Assembly: GCA_012026655.1 (NCBI GenBank)
Contig: JAAILG010001922.1
Location: 1 to 59,943 of the forward strand
Reading direction: 5' to 3'
Source: Hydrolagus affinis
Taxonomy: Eukaryota
DNA: 59,943 nt
The notes under the pieces are model-generated. The model had not been told where the DNA came from. It was given only the letters and a program-made list of their open reading frames with translations, and did no database searches. Below, piece after piece: positions 26,889 to 39,959 of the stretch. Positions within the stretch are counted from its first letter, which is position 1; the number at the start of each line of letters is the position of its first letter. The translations under genes and the position numbers were made by a program.

Positions 26889-28219
26889 CTGGAAAACAAA
26901 AGTTGAATAAAAATCAATTTCCCCTGATTATATTGTTTAAATTAGGGCATAGGATATTCAAATCTTCTATGTTTTAACTTTTTTTAAAAAAAAGTTTCAA
27001 AACTACAAGTTCGAAGCACAGTGATTGCTTTAGCAGTTTTTTTAATTAATTTCTCATAATACTGGAATAACCACAACAATTTAAGTTAAGAGTACATTTC
27101 TCATTATTTAACTCACTTGCTTTCTCAGAATAATTAACTGTACTATGCACCTGCTGAGTTTCCTGGAACTCAGAGCGGTAAACATTTCTTTGTTAAGACG
27201 CTGGTCCAGGACCAATTTCTACTGATAAAAACCAAGAATCAACATTTGCATTCACTCATGAGATTCCAGTCAAACTTGTATATTGGAAGAGAATAAGTCG
27301 TGGTAAATTCGCTAGGTTTGAGTTCAGAAGGAAATAATCCAATGCAAGAAATGTGTGAAAATAAACACAAGAACTTGCACTGATACCGCACCTTTTACAT
27401 TGGAAAATATCTCGAAAGCATTTCAGGGATGGGAGTGACAGCCAAGGCAGAATGGGATAGTTGTCAAGAGGTTTTTTTTTATATATAGGCCTTCAAATGA
27501 TTGATCAATTCCCTTTTCACAATTCTGTTGTCTTCTCTGGAAGTTATGTTTTAAGAATAATAATATTGCAGGAGAGGAAAGTGAGCCACACAAAGCGCTC
27601 ACGTGTGGTGTGAGATGTAGAACCATGGAGAACGTGAAGAGGAAAGGAAGACACTAAGGTAATGACAGGTTCTCGGCAATTAAAGTAGATTTGGTGAAAT
27701 CAAAAGACCTGAGAAAATATGGTCCAAACATGTGTGGTGGGTATGAGTGGGGAAGAGTAGAGGATCACTGGCATCCCCTAACCTACTTGAGAGTTTTTTT
27801 TAAATATAAAAACACATTTGAGGACAATAAAAAAAATACACTTGGTCTTTGAATGTAATAAGCAATACTGAGGGCATGGTCGGAAAACCGACTGTGCAAT
27901 GCCAATTACCGGGAATTAACTCCTGTTTTGTGCAGTACCACATAAGGTAAATTTAAAAATAGCAGAGCCAATGGCGGGTGGCGAGGAAGAATGACAAACG
28001 CCGGGATATTTTGGTTAATATGTAGAATGCTAATACTGGCCGCCATGTTGGGAGAGGAGGAGGAGGAGGACAGGGCTGCGGCAGCCAAGGCTGAGGCTGG
28101 CCAGGCCAGGCAGACACATCCCGGGGAGCGGCATTCACCTCACCCCCCAGCCCCAGGCCTCACTCGCTCTCACTACACTGACTGACAGGAAACCTCCACA
28201 CAAACAAGAGCCGCACTTA

Positions 28220-28390
<171 letters not shown>

Positions 28391-29559
28391 TCATCCCCAC
28401 TCCCCAGCCCCTTCCCCATGTTCACTCTCTCCTGGAAACGCACCTCCCCTCCCTCTCTTCCCTTCCCCCCCTCCCACCCCCACCCCCAATCCCAGGCATT
28501 TTCTCTCTTTATCCTGAAGAGATTCTCTCAGCTTTAAACAGGATCAAACCCACCCAACCCCGACCAGCAGAGAGACACAGGGAGAGAGCAGACCTGAGAG
28601 CGGTGGGAGGTGGTGTGGGGGGTGGGGGATTGTGAGGAGAGGAAACCTTTCTAGTCATTATTGCCATTTTTCTAAATATATATTTTAAAGAATACATATA
28701 TTTTTTTTAAAATCAATATCCGTTGAGAGAGAGAAAAAAAACACAATCCACCAACACCAATCTCAGCACCAATGAGCAGCCAACATTTTACTGAGCCGCA
28801 GCTCCACCTCAATCTCTGGTTTTATAATAAACACGAAAAAAAAAGGAGGAGGGGGGGGGGGCTCGTGTCAAAATTACCAAAAATATGTAAACCTGCATCT
28901 TTCATGAATTGATGTGAGGTTTTGTTTTTAGTGTGTGTGAGGGGGGTGTTTGTACAGTGTATGTGTGAAACATACACTCCCCTCTCACACACCCCCCCAC
29001 CCTCACTCCCTCCCCACCACCAAAAAAAAACCTCACATCATTTAATGAAAGATCGACGAAGCTCACAAGTATAAGATCACTAGCATTTTCGCTGCCCCCC
29101 ACCCCGGGCCTCCATGTTTACTGTTAGCCCCAGGCCGCCTCCTCCCACCCCCTCAGCAACCGCTCTGTCTCTCTCCGCTGTAAGCCAGGTTTGGTGGGTG
29201 GTGTTGTGTGGGGGGGGGTGAGAAAGACAAGAGAGAAACTTGGACATGTTGGAGAGGCTTGTGTGTGTGATAGCGAGGGAGGGAGGGAGGGAAGGGAGGA
29301 GGGAAGCCCACGGCGCAAATTAGGTTTCCTCTCCAAACGACGACAGCGAGAAGCCTCCATGTTTATTTTCACCTCCTTCCCTCCCTTCCCTCATCCATCT
29401 CAACCCTCCCCTCCCCTCCGTCCCTCCATCCATCCGCTTCACATTCCACCTCAAACCTCACCGTTTAAATCCTCACATCGAACAGAAATCGCCTCTTTCT
29501 AAAAATATATACACACCCCAAAAAATAAATTAAATAAAACATTTGACACGACTCTTGTG

Positions 29560-30740
29560 TGTCTGCCTGTCTCGCTCCCTCCCGCCCCCCGGCCCGGACA
29601 TACCGAGCAGCAGGAGCCGGTGTGTCGCCCGGTAGATCTGCTTGTCCTTCTGCAGTTGCTTCTCGATCTTCTTGTTGGCTTCCCGCTGCGCCTTCTCCTC
29701 GTTCCTCTGGTCCTCGGTCTTGCTGTTGCCCAGACAGCCCATGATCATGGGGAGAGACGGGCGGCCACCGCTGCCGCCACCGGGAGCAGCGAGCGCCGGC
29801 GCCGGGTTAGCCCCCTCCCCGCCGCACCGCACGGCCACCCCGCCACCGGCACAGGCTCCCCGGCCGCCGCCCCCTCGGCTCCCGGGACTCAGTGCCGCGG
29901 AGAGTGACTCTTCCCTCCCTCTGGCTCCGCACAAAATACACCTGCGGCTGTGAAACCGGCCTGAACCCTCGCTCTGTCTCCCCGGCGGGAAGGACGGCTC
30001 GGAGCCCCGGGGCCAGCGCCCGGACACTTAGCGGCGGGGAAAAGAGAAGCGAGTTGCCGGGGCCTAGGGCAGGGTTTGAAGCCTCGGGGTTGCTTAGCGA
30101 GCCGCTGGGACAGGAAAAGGCATGGACTCGGCCCCGCCCGATACTTGTAGGCCCGCAGTCGAGAGAGAGAGTGAGCGCTGTCTGCCCGCCCGGGGGCCGG
30201 AGGAGAGCTGCTTCTCCCGGGGCACGTCAGCCGGCAGCGGCGCGTTGAGAACAGGCGGCCCTTTCCTCCTGCAGTAATGTCCGCCCTTCCTGCGGCTGGT
30301 GCCGGGGCCGCTCGCCTCTCCCCCGCCGGTAATCACTCTCTCTCTCCCCGCGGGCGGGCGGTGGTTGAGATCCTCCCCGGGAGGGACAGGCTGTTCCCCG
30401 GGAATTACTCTCCTCCGATCAGCTGCTGTCCCTGGCGGTGGATGCGACTCCGGGCCGGGTTATGGCCCTCCCTCCCTTCCCCGGGTGGATGGCTATTTCC
30501 CCCACCCACAGTCCCCGGCTGGTGACTCTAGCTTGGCCGGGTATGAGCCGGCCCGTGGCTGCTGAGTGAGAGTCCCAGGCGGCGGCGGCGGCGCCTCGCC
30601 TTCCCCTCTCCCCCTGTTCCCAGGTGTGTGCTCCCCCTCTCTCTCCCGCTTGCTGAGTTTCTTTCCCTCGTTCTCTCCCTCCCTCCCTCTCTTTCTCTCA
30701 AGGTCTATTTTTACACCGAGCAGCTCAGGCCACCGCTGCT
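29560..30740. promoter_or_regulatory. CpG island / GNAS promoter and 5'UTR
   Basis: Very GC- and CpG-rich, with GC boxes (e.g. GCCCCGCCC near 30131) and no obvious TATA; surrounds exon 1. TSS cannot be determined from sequence. Confidence 0.85.
29604..29742 (-). CDS. GNAS: Gs-alpha exon 1 ([47 protein letters not shown])
   Basis: Translation is nearly identical to the vertebrate Gs-alpha N-terminus and lacks the GNAL-type MGCLGGNSKTT. 139 bp, ATG in strong context (atcATGg), donor G|gtatgt. Confidence 0.98.
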
Positions 30741-30877
30741 GGATGTGCTCAGAGACAGAGAGAAGCAGAAACGGGTGGGGCAAATAGCACACTGAACCAT
30801 GGGTACCTCCACTCTCACATGATAACACGGCGTCACTGCACTGCAAACCAGAGGCGCCCTCTTCAAATACATCTCCA

Positions 30878-31145
30878 CAAGACACACAGAGACACCCACC
30901 CAGAGACCCACACAGACAGGCAGAACAGTTACCCACCTACCCAGACAGAGACACACACACCCACCCACCCAGAGATACCCACACACACACCCAGACAAGA
31001 GTTACCCAGACAGAGACACACACACACAGACAGTCAGACAGACACACACACACAGACAGAGACACTCACCCGCAGACAGAGATATCCACCCACACACACA
31101 CACACACAGACAGACAGAGACACCCACCCACCCAGACAGACAGCC
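30878..31145. repeat. Low-complexity CA/GA-rich minisatellite-like tract
   Basis: Degenerate cacacacagaca/cccacccagaca units immediately upstream of the GNAS CpG island. Confidence 0.85.
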
Positions 31146-31593
31146 TCTTCCCAAGGCGATCACAAGATTGCTACTCTCCCTTTTCAAATCCGCTGCTGTT
31201 GGTTAGCTGCTGATCCTCTGCCAAGTCCTGGGTCAGGATCTCGGGGATACAAGCCACCCCACTGATCGCCTTCCCCCGACCCCACCTCCAGACGACTAGA
31301 GATTTGTGTAATATGGACCCAAAGGACCACTGCGCGAGGTGGAGGCCGCAGATGTTCATTGTCCTGACCACCAAGAAAGTGAACAGGCACATTTGTCGTT
31401 GTTGGCTATGTTGCGATTCAACAAAGGGCATGAACTTTGTGGACCCTTGACCACTAGAGGATCAATTATCTTAGACAAACAGCCTTAAATTGAATTACAG
31501 CAACAAAATCCAAGTGCAACTGTGCCCAATAGTGCCACACAAACTGCAAGACACATTAGATACTAGATCTCCTCCAAGTGAACCTTTATTTTC

Positions 31594-31891
31594 TAATAAT
31601 AATGATCCTCGCATTTGATATAGTGCTTTTCACATCTTCTAGATGTCTCAAAGCGCTTCACAGAATATACTGTAAATTGAATTGACTATATATATAGGCG
31701 AAACGCGGCAGCCAATTGAGCACAGCTTTGTCCCTCAAACAGTTGTGGATTGAAATGACCATTTTTTTTTTGAGGGATTATTATTAGATGTGTGGAGTAA
31801 GAAAACTTGCCCAAGGTTTTGCCCTGCCTGGAATTGAACCCAGGTCTCTCGCTTGTAAGGCGAGTGCTTTGACCACTGAGCTACAGGACTC
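31594..31891 (-). mobile_element. tRNA-derived SINE, full length, short form
   Basis: GAGTCCTGTAGCTCAGTGG...GGTTCAATTCC head and intact tail. Confidence 0.9.
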
Positions 31892-33049
31892 CGCATTTTC
31901 CTATCCAATACTGGGTACGCCATTCAAGTGAAACAATAACAATTTTTAAATTCTAACCAGCAGATTGAGTGACTTATGCAGTACAATTTTCCATTGGGAT
32001 GGACACACATGTTACTTGTGTAGTCTGAAACTATTTACAGAAGTGATTAGAGGGGAATGGTGGAGGGGTGTACATGTGGGGTATAAGATGGGCATGAACT
32101 AGTTGGAGCAAATAAACTATTTCTGTGCAGTAACAGTCCATCTAATTCTATCAAAGATTACAAAAGAATGAACAGCAAGAAAACGGGCTACTTGGCCCAA
32201 CTAGTCCGTGACAGAATTTATTTTCCATATGGATCTCCACCCATTCTTTACTCCCTCTCACACCCTTTTATTCCCCTCTCCCTCAAGCAAAGGTCTCGCT
32301 TCCTCTTGAATCCATTTACACTATCTGATTTAACCACTGCTTCAGGCAGCAAGTTCCACATTCTCACTAGCCCCTTCTAAATTCTCTTTTCGGTGCACCA
32401 GTTGCTTCATACATTTTGTTACTCATTTCTTTATCTCTCCACATTGGTAGATAAAGAGAAATAGGACAATATTTTCACCCCTTATTTAAGTATTTTAGAG
32501 TACTCATCTCTTCAGGAAGGAAAATGAGTCTGTTCCATCCAATGGGTGCATTATGCTCAGATAACATGAATGTTTGAAAGTGTTTTAAGTACTGTACAAA
32601 GAGACTTATTCTATTAGTGAAAGCGAACACCAGTGTAATTATGAATTTCACCGAATCATTGGGCTCTTAGTACAGTAATATGCAATGTCACCCACATGTA
32701 AAACAAAACTTTATTGATGGATTGCTGTTTCCAATCCAGATGCAGAGATAAATATCTACATTAAACAGAGTACCCCTTTTCTCCAATGTTCAAGATGGGT
32801 ACATTTGTAATTTTGCAGACAAAAATTTACACTGTTGACTTCAATCGCTATATATTTTGTCTCAGTTGGTAGCACACTTGCGCCTGGGTCCGAAGGTTGT
32901 GGATTCAAACCACATGTAAGGATTCATCGTCAAGGCTAATAATCCGCAATACTGGACCAGGGAATACCATACAGACAGACTGCTGCATAGGTGGAATACA
33001 GAACCAAAGTGCTGTTTTGCCTGTTCAAATGGATGCTAAAAATTGTAAC

Positions 33050-33298
33050 GGCGGGTTCGATTCCCAGACAGGGCAAAATGTTGGGACAAGTTTCCTGACT
33101 CCACACTTCTCTGTTTACCTAGCAGTAAATAGGAACCCAGTTGTTAGTCGATTGGTGAATTGCTTTTCCGGGGGTGATAATGCTTTCAAAAATATATATT
33201 CCCTAAGTGTTTGTGGATACATACTGCTTTGCATAACTGGCTGCCGCATTTCACCCATAAAAGTTTGCCCAATATAATCTATGAAGCACTTTGAGACC
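33050..33298 (+). mobile_element. tRNA-derived SINE, long form, partial
   Basis: B box GGTTCGATTCC and extra segment ctgtttacctagcagtaaatagg. Confidence 0.75.
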
Positions 33299-33435
33299 TA
33301 GCTGGACCAGACCCCAAACCTAAAAAGTTGCACCCCTTGAAGATTCCCACCAGACCAACTCTCCCTGGCATGTCCACACCACACTGAGCAGCCTTCTAGC
33401 CTTCACAGTGAACAGGGAGATCGACTTTGACTCAG

Positions 33436-33501
33436 ATTGTTGGAATCCCTTGAGCAGAAAATAGCTTGTTCACTAACTTTTGCTCACGGGATTCGAACAA
33501 T
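33436..33501. other. Isolated 66-nt inverted repeat (pre-miRNA-sized hairpin)
   Basis: 24-position stem with 21 Watson-Crick pairs, 1 G-U and 2 mismatches, then a 2x2 internal loop, 3 more pairs and an 8-nt loop. Confidence 0.6.
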
Positions 33502-33626
33502 TATAACATCAGTGCCATCATTTACTGGCATTCTTGAATAAACACTTATACTCCATGGATGGGACAAGAAGGAAAATTAAAAAAAAACTTTTGCTTACCG
33601 TTTGTAAACAGTATGAGGCTGCAACA

Positions 33627-33962
33627 AATAATAATCCTTGCATTTGATATAGCACTTTTCACGTTTTCCAGACACCTCAAAGCGGTTCACAGAATATTCC
33701 GTTAAGTGAATTGATTGTATATTTGTGGATGAAACACAGCAGCCAATTGAGCAGAGCAGCGTCCCACAAACAGTCGTGGATTGAATGATTACATTTTTTT
33801 TGGAAGGATTATTATCCCCTGGAAAAGCGATCCACCAATCAACTAACAATCAGGTTCTTACCGCTAGGTAAACAAAGGTGTGTGGAGTAACAAAACTTGC
33901 CCAACATTTGCCCAGGTCTCTCGCTTGCGAGGCGAGTGCTCTCACCACTCAACTACAGGACT
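33627..33962 (-). mobile_element. tRNA-derived SINE, long form
   Basis: Same family, carrying the extra internal segment. Confidence 0.85.
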
Positions 33963-36281
33963 ACAATAAAGCAATCCTTACAAGATACTGTACTACAGAA
34001 AACCAGGAAGCCATCAGGATCTCGAGGAATACCAACCTGCAAAATGAAAACTATCGGAGTAACTGGCCTCACTATATTTCCAAGAGTTTGAATTGGAGTG
34101 GGGTGGAGTGGTCGGAACAAAGGAAACTAAACCAAGATTGATTACAATTAAAATATTAGTCCAAACTGCTGGGATATTAATTCTTTAAGGGACTTCAATC
34201 GCGGAGTTTCTGATTTCTCTCTTTGTTTGATCTCTGGTTTTCATCCCCCAACTCCCCAGTAAGCACCACAAATAAAACTTATATAAAAGTACGTCATTCA
34301 GGTTTTATACAGTGTGTCCACAAAATCCTGTTACCCAATGTTACAAAACATTGATATTTAGATTAGGGAGGAGCTGAGACAAGCTTTCAAAGATGCCTTT
34401 CGCCCCCCTTGGCTCCATCCATCTTACGGAATGTGTGGCATTGAACATGGTGATGGATCATTATCTGTCATGAATGTTCACTCATACCGATCCTCTGGTC
34501 ATCTAATACAGTTAAACACTTGTACTGAATACAATTGAGTACTTCTAAACACAACTTATAATTTAACTATTATTGATTTATTTATTAATTCATTCTTCCA
34601 CGTGCCATCATTTAGTTGTTGGTCAGTGCGCTGTGTATGTAAAACAAAAAGCATGTGGATAAAATGAGTTTGTGGGCACTCTATAGATAAATGTAGGTAA
34701 ATCTCCAATAAATCTTGAATAAATCACATTCCATAAGTAAATGTCTTTCACACAGTTCATATGTTCCAGGGCAAAAATGGTCTCCTTCTTCAGTTTTTTT
34801 CTTAACATGAGGATGATGTCAAGGAAATGAGGAATAAAAAGGAAGCTTCATTCTCAGAAAAAAAAGGAAGGGTTGTGTGAGAAACCGATGCAAATTCTAA
34901 GATCATGTTAAAAAAAAAGCTGTAGCTCATTGCTCCGTTGCTTCTTGTGTGTCAATTTGGCTGAAGCACTGTTGCATCTCAGTCAAGAGTTTGTGCTTTT
35001 AAGCCTTCTTTCAGGACTTGTCTGATATGTCAGTGGTGGGAGGGCTCGCTGCATTGCTGGGAGTGCTGTGTTGCTGGGGATGCATCGCAGTGCCAAGGAG
35101 CGGCTGCATGGCCCTGGGAACACTGCGTTGCTAGGGAGCACTGTGTTGCTGGGGGATTGCCGACTCTTTTGAATGCAGAACTAAGATCATATTTGCGTGT
35201 TTGGATAGATGTTAAAGATCCGTGAAACAATTTGAAAAGAGAAGGGAGTTTCTCCTAGTTTCCTGGCAAAAGGCTGGCAAAATAGTAGCATACAAGATTC
35301 CAGATCAGCAGCACAACTTCGAACTATCAAGGCAAGGTAACTGCTTATTACACAATTTGTTACAGGTACGTTACAGGGTTATGGACAGGGAGGGATAGAG
35401 AATGAAAAAATCAAAGAGAGAAAGTCAGAGAGAGGTAAAGTTAGAGATGAACATAGAAAATTAGTGAGAAAGAATCAGAGAGATAAAGAGACCTAGAAAA
35501 AGGGAGGGGAGTCAGAGAGATAAAGGGCTGGCACACAGCATCACCATATTGGTAATACAACTCCAGATAGAACAATTTTGAATAGCACTATAGTCACTTT
35601 TTTGTATTTTGTGTTATCCCCAAAGTTTCATTAACAACAACGGGGGTCAGTCCTAATTAGTGTTAATTTAAGGCTCACTCTTGTATTGTAACTGGATTCC
35701 CTAACAACGAACAAAGCAACTAGATCGGCATTGTGCTTGTGTCCTCCTGGTGATAATCTTCAAGAAGCAGTTGCAGTATTTAATATGTTTGCCATTTCCT
35801 GTCCATCCTCTTTCTCAACACTCTTGGGTTTTAATCTTCTGGCTGACTCCCATTTTGCTGTAATGGTAATGGGAAGAATTTGGGGATGACATCTTTCCAG
35901 TTGTCTCTTGACTCCCATAATCTTCTATTTTGCACTATGTCCCCCCTCACTAGGATGGACATTCAAGCAAATGCCAACCTGCCAAGAATGGCATTAGTAA
36001 TGGTCAGGATGCCAATTCCTCCATCTCAGCTACAAGGAAGTATGAAGCCTGGGGGGAAATGGGAGAGAAGGGAAAGGCTCAGGGAGGAAAAACTACGAGG
36101 ATATATCCTTAACACCTTTGAGGTGCAGCACTCGCTGGTTGCTACATATTTCAATCTTTTCCTTGCATTATAACTGACGTTTTAAACAATTACATTTTAA
36201 AATCAATGGCAAATAATAGATCCATTGTCTATCATCTCCTGGAAGGAATTAAATCCCGAGGTTCAGATGTGCTACCGCATA

Positions 36282-36298
36282 CAGCGCCACCTAGAGGA
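36282..36298 (-). promoter_or_regulatory. Candidate CTCF site
   Basis: CAGCGCCACCTAGAGG is a close match to the CTCF core (CCTCTAGGTGGCGCTG on the minus strand), in apparently unique sequence. Confidence 0.6.
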
Positions 36299-37641
36299 CT
36301 GGCCAATTTTACCCCCAGGCAGCACAATAACAGGTGGCATTTGAACCATTGGGGTCAACTTCATTGGGTCATATAGGAGTCAGTGATATGTGATCATTCC
36401 TCACTTCTGATCAAATTTCATCCACTACCCTCGTCTGAAGGCTCTCACCAGCCCAACGAACTTGAGAAGCAACCCTGGCCCACCATTGGCCATCAGAGTT
36501 TCAGCATAACTGACCCGCTCTTTGGAACTCCATCCTGGAGTTCCTCCCGTGCCTCCTACAAGGCCTGCCTCAAGACCTTCTTCTTTGAACCATGCCTTCT
36601 GTCCTTTGCAGAATTTGGAAATTGTTCCGAATTTTGAGATACGCTAAAATTCAATCTTAATTTTTTGAAAGAGTGTCAGCTTAGAACGTGTGAGTACAAA
36701 GGCCTGGATGTTGAGCATGAAAAATGAGGCATGATATCATCGCCCTCAAAAGAAGTGAGTTGGGCTGGTTATATAAAAGACACAGAAGGCTGGTTCTTCC
36801 TCTCCTCCTCCTCAGCATCCTCTCTTACATGTCGTGTGCCAAACCATATACAGTACTGTATCCTGAGATATTATTTCCTATCGGAAATCTATCTAATTTG
36901 TTCTTCAAACAAACAACACTTTCTGCTTCCACTGTCTCCCTAGGGAGACTGTTCCCTAAATTTACCACTCGCTCACTGAAGAATGTTTCTGCGGATTTGT
37001 TCTGTATTAACTCCCCCCTCCAATCGCAGGATGTGTCCTGTAGTTAGGATCAATGTGTTATCATGGCAATAATTTGTTGTAGCTAAAGTAAGCCAAAGAG
37101 AAATAACTTTAAACATCTCAGAAGCGTGATCAGTTTGCCTGTAAATACCAATTATGCATAAAGAGTCCTGTGATAAGAACACAAGACTGCTGCTTGTAAT
37201 GGATTAAAAAAAGACCAAAATATATTTCAGCACTAGGGGGAAAAATTGTGATGTTTAGTAACAGATTTCATGCTTTATGGAATGTCTTATATATCTGTTC
37301 ATGGGATCACAAATGTGATTGGATGAAGAAGGCCCTTCGGCTCATTTGATTTCATCCTTTCACGATACCCACCCATCCCTTTTGTCATTCCAGCATCAAA
37401 CCGTTTCTTAAGTATCCTGATCTCAAGCAACCTGCTCCAGCCATTAATTCCGCTCTGTATAACGATGCACTTCCTAGTGTCTGGCCTAAAACTGCCGTTC
37501 GTTCACATTGTTGAACTTGTGCCTTTTTTTCCTGTTATCTAGGCCCTCCAAGAAGCTCCCACATCAAGGGTGTTGCATAAATACGAGTTGTTGTTGCTTA
37601 AAGTATTGCTCCGTGTTTACTTTCTCAATCCTATTTATAAG

Positions 37642-37856
37642 AATAATAACCTTTGCATTTGATATAACGCCTTATCACGTCATTGAGACGTTTCAATGCA
37701 CTTCACAGAACATACTGTAAAGTAAATTGACTATATTTTGTGGGCAAAACACAGAAGCCAATTGTGCACAGCAGTGTCCCACAAACAGTCATAGATTGAA
37801 TGACCAACTTATTATTATTATTTTTTTGCGAGGCAAGCGCCCTACCATTAAGCTCT
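37642..37856 (-). mobile_element. tRNA-derived SINE, internally deleted
   Basis: 3' half intact; only a fragment of the head remains. Confidence 0.8.
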
Positions 37857-37956
37857 CAAACACCAACCTTACCCCATCCAATCACTTTACAGGGTAGTTG
37901 TACCTTGAGCAGGTTCTAAGATTTTCATCACCAGTCCCTCATTTGTTTTAGTCAGT

Positions 37957-38133
37957 CATGGAAATTCCAGAGATACATTGTTGGAATGGAATGTGCACTC
38001 TCACCCTGGAGGGCTGCATCCTGCTTACCTAATTTTGGAGAGTACTAGGCGCAGGTTGGCAAGAGTCAAGGCTTGGGGACCCCAGAGTGTGTGAGGGGAT
38101 CCTGCTGGGGTCTAACCAGCTAAAACCAAATAG
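37957..38133 (+). repeat. Unclassified interspersed repeat, one of at least 6 copies
   Basis: catggaaattcc...ggaatggaatg...cttacctaatt...ggtctaaccagctaaaacca. Also at 39501-39570 (+), 54661-54860 (+), 11768-11907 (-), 47891-48095 (-) and 50496-50676 (-). Confidence 0.75.
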
Positions 38134-38719
38134 CTAAGAAAATATATATTCAATTGTATAACACAGAATGCGCTTCAGTGAATTCTGGGTTGGAAAATTA
38201 AATCATCTGCATTATCAAAGTGCTGTCCTTTGGATAAGACACAAAATAGTCTGTCTGTTTAGATGGACATTAAAAGGCACTACTTGAAAATGTAAGAATT
38301 TTTCTCCCGGTCAACATGGCCCCAAATAAAAATTGGTCATTCGTTTCATGGCTATTTGGGGGACATTGGCTACTGCGTTCAATCACAGTAAATCCTGTGA
38401 AGCATTTTGCGATGTCCTTTGGATGTGAAAGGAGCTATACTAAATGTAAGGCTTATTATTTTTAAAACACTGCTGATAACAATGGCTCTTTAAGAGGATT
38501 AGACTGTTAAATCAAAGACAAAAGCAACATTCAAAGACAACTTCACAATAATTATTATTTAGTGCTCTGCTTAAAGATGCTACAGAATCAATTATGGCTG
38601 GCAGAATGCATAAAGGGACATGTGATTAAACAAATCAAATTGTTGACTTGTGGAATAAACTGCTAGCACATACACTGAGCGCTGTGTGTGTGGATCCCTT
38701 CAGAAACAATTGGCAGTGT

Positions 38720-38870
38720 GAGCACAGGGATTAACACACTAGGCCTTTCACCTCTGGGACTTGGTTTCAATCCAACCTAGGCTGAAGAATTAGTCTTCTA
38801 CTCTCTTTGCCAGCGACAAATGTTGTGTGAAATGGAGTTAGGCAATCTCAATGCAGTCCTTTTGGATTCC
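38720..38870 (+). mobile_element. LF-SINE-like ancient SINE fragment
   Basis: gcctttcacctctgggacttggtttcaatccaacctagg and tgtgaaatggagttaggcaatctca resemble the recalled LF-SINE 5' region. Confidence 0.5.
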
Positions 38871-39959
38871 AATCTGCAAAGTAAACCTGTTCTTTAATGG
38901 ACATTTTATATATGTATCTGTATAAATATAGTTTCACCCATAATCCCATAAGCACGGTCGATGAGGAAGGTTTTCAGGCAGGGAGAGGGCTGGAGTATAA
39001 GGATAAGTGACTACCTGTATAAAGGTGAAGCAAATCGAAAAGGTCAAGAAGGAGTGGGTTTGCACAGGAGCGTTCTGGTAGAGATGAGGAGAGTGCTGAT
39101 GTTATCTGTTCCGTACCTGTTAAAGAAAGAGGTTAAAGAGAGAGAAGAATAAACAAAGCCTTGAGAGCTGGGCACTCCTTCCTCATTGTTCAGATTTTAG
39201 AACTGTATCTCAGTAACACCAAACATTCCAAACAATCATACAGTGGCATAGGATGGTTTAACCTCCACCTTAATCTTCGTTCAGTAACTCATTCCAAAAA
39301 AAAGGGTTGGTGATTTGTATTAAATAGATCATTCTTGCTGAGAAGTAAACTCTCAGTAAACTTTCATGTCTGGCACATGCGGAAACTCATCGCACAATCT
39401 TAAACTCATCTAAACCGGACTAAGATTCCCACATATGCTTGTGGACACACGGACATTTCCCTGTTTCTAGGATGGAATGTATATTTTGAAGCTTATCGTA
39501 GAGCCGAGGTTAGAGAACTCCGGAGAGTGCATTGCGGGTGACTGCTGTAGTCTAACTAGCTAAAAACACGGGTTGCCATTGAGACCACTGTCCGACAATC
39601 CTCCTGCTGCTGCTGCTCTCCCATCCAAGATTATGTCACCCATTAGGGCTCTGCTTTGCAGGGAAATGGGAAGATACCCTGCCTTCAGTGATGGATCTTC
39701 CCTTCCAAATGCTGGCAGGAAGCCCCAGGAGGCTGGTCTGTCAGTGCCCTGCAGTGTCAGCTGGACCGAAGGCCCTTCGTCATCCAAACCAGTCTTGTGA
39801 CCTCATGTATTTGTCTGCACAGACCAGGCAAAAACAATTCCAGTTTAGCCAGTATTCTGCAGTTACTGAGCTGACCGATGGTGTCACAATGAGCACATTG
39901 ACACACAAGCTGTGTACCACAGGGAGCCCAATCTGGATTTAGATTCACACATGGTCCAG

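Noticed and set aside
29604-29742. Alternative assignment to GNAL (G-olf)
   Set aside because: The N-terminus and exon 4-5 residues match Gs-alpha rather than G-olf.
29749-30027. Open frame continuous with GNAS exon 1 (possible XL-like extension)
   Set aside because: Starts at GTG, open frames are expected in a GC-rich island, and there is no XL similarity.
30493-31265. 147-aa and 148-aa Cys/Val- or Thr/His-rich ORFs, one starting MGNC
   Set aside because: They are translations of the CA/GA low-complexity tract.
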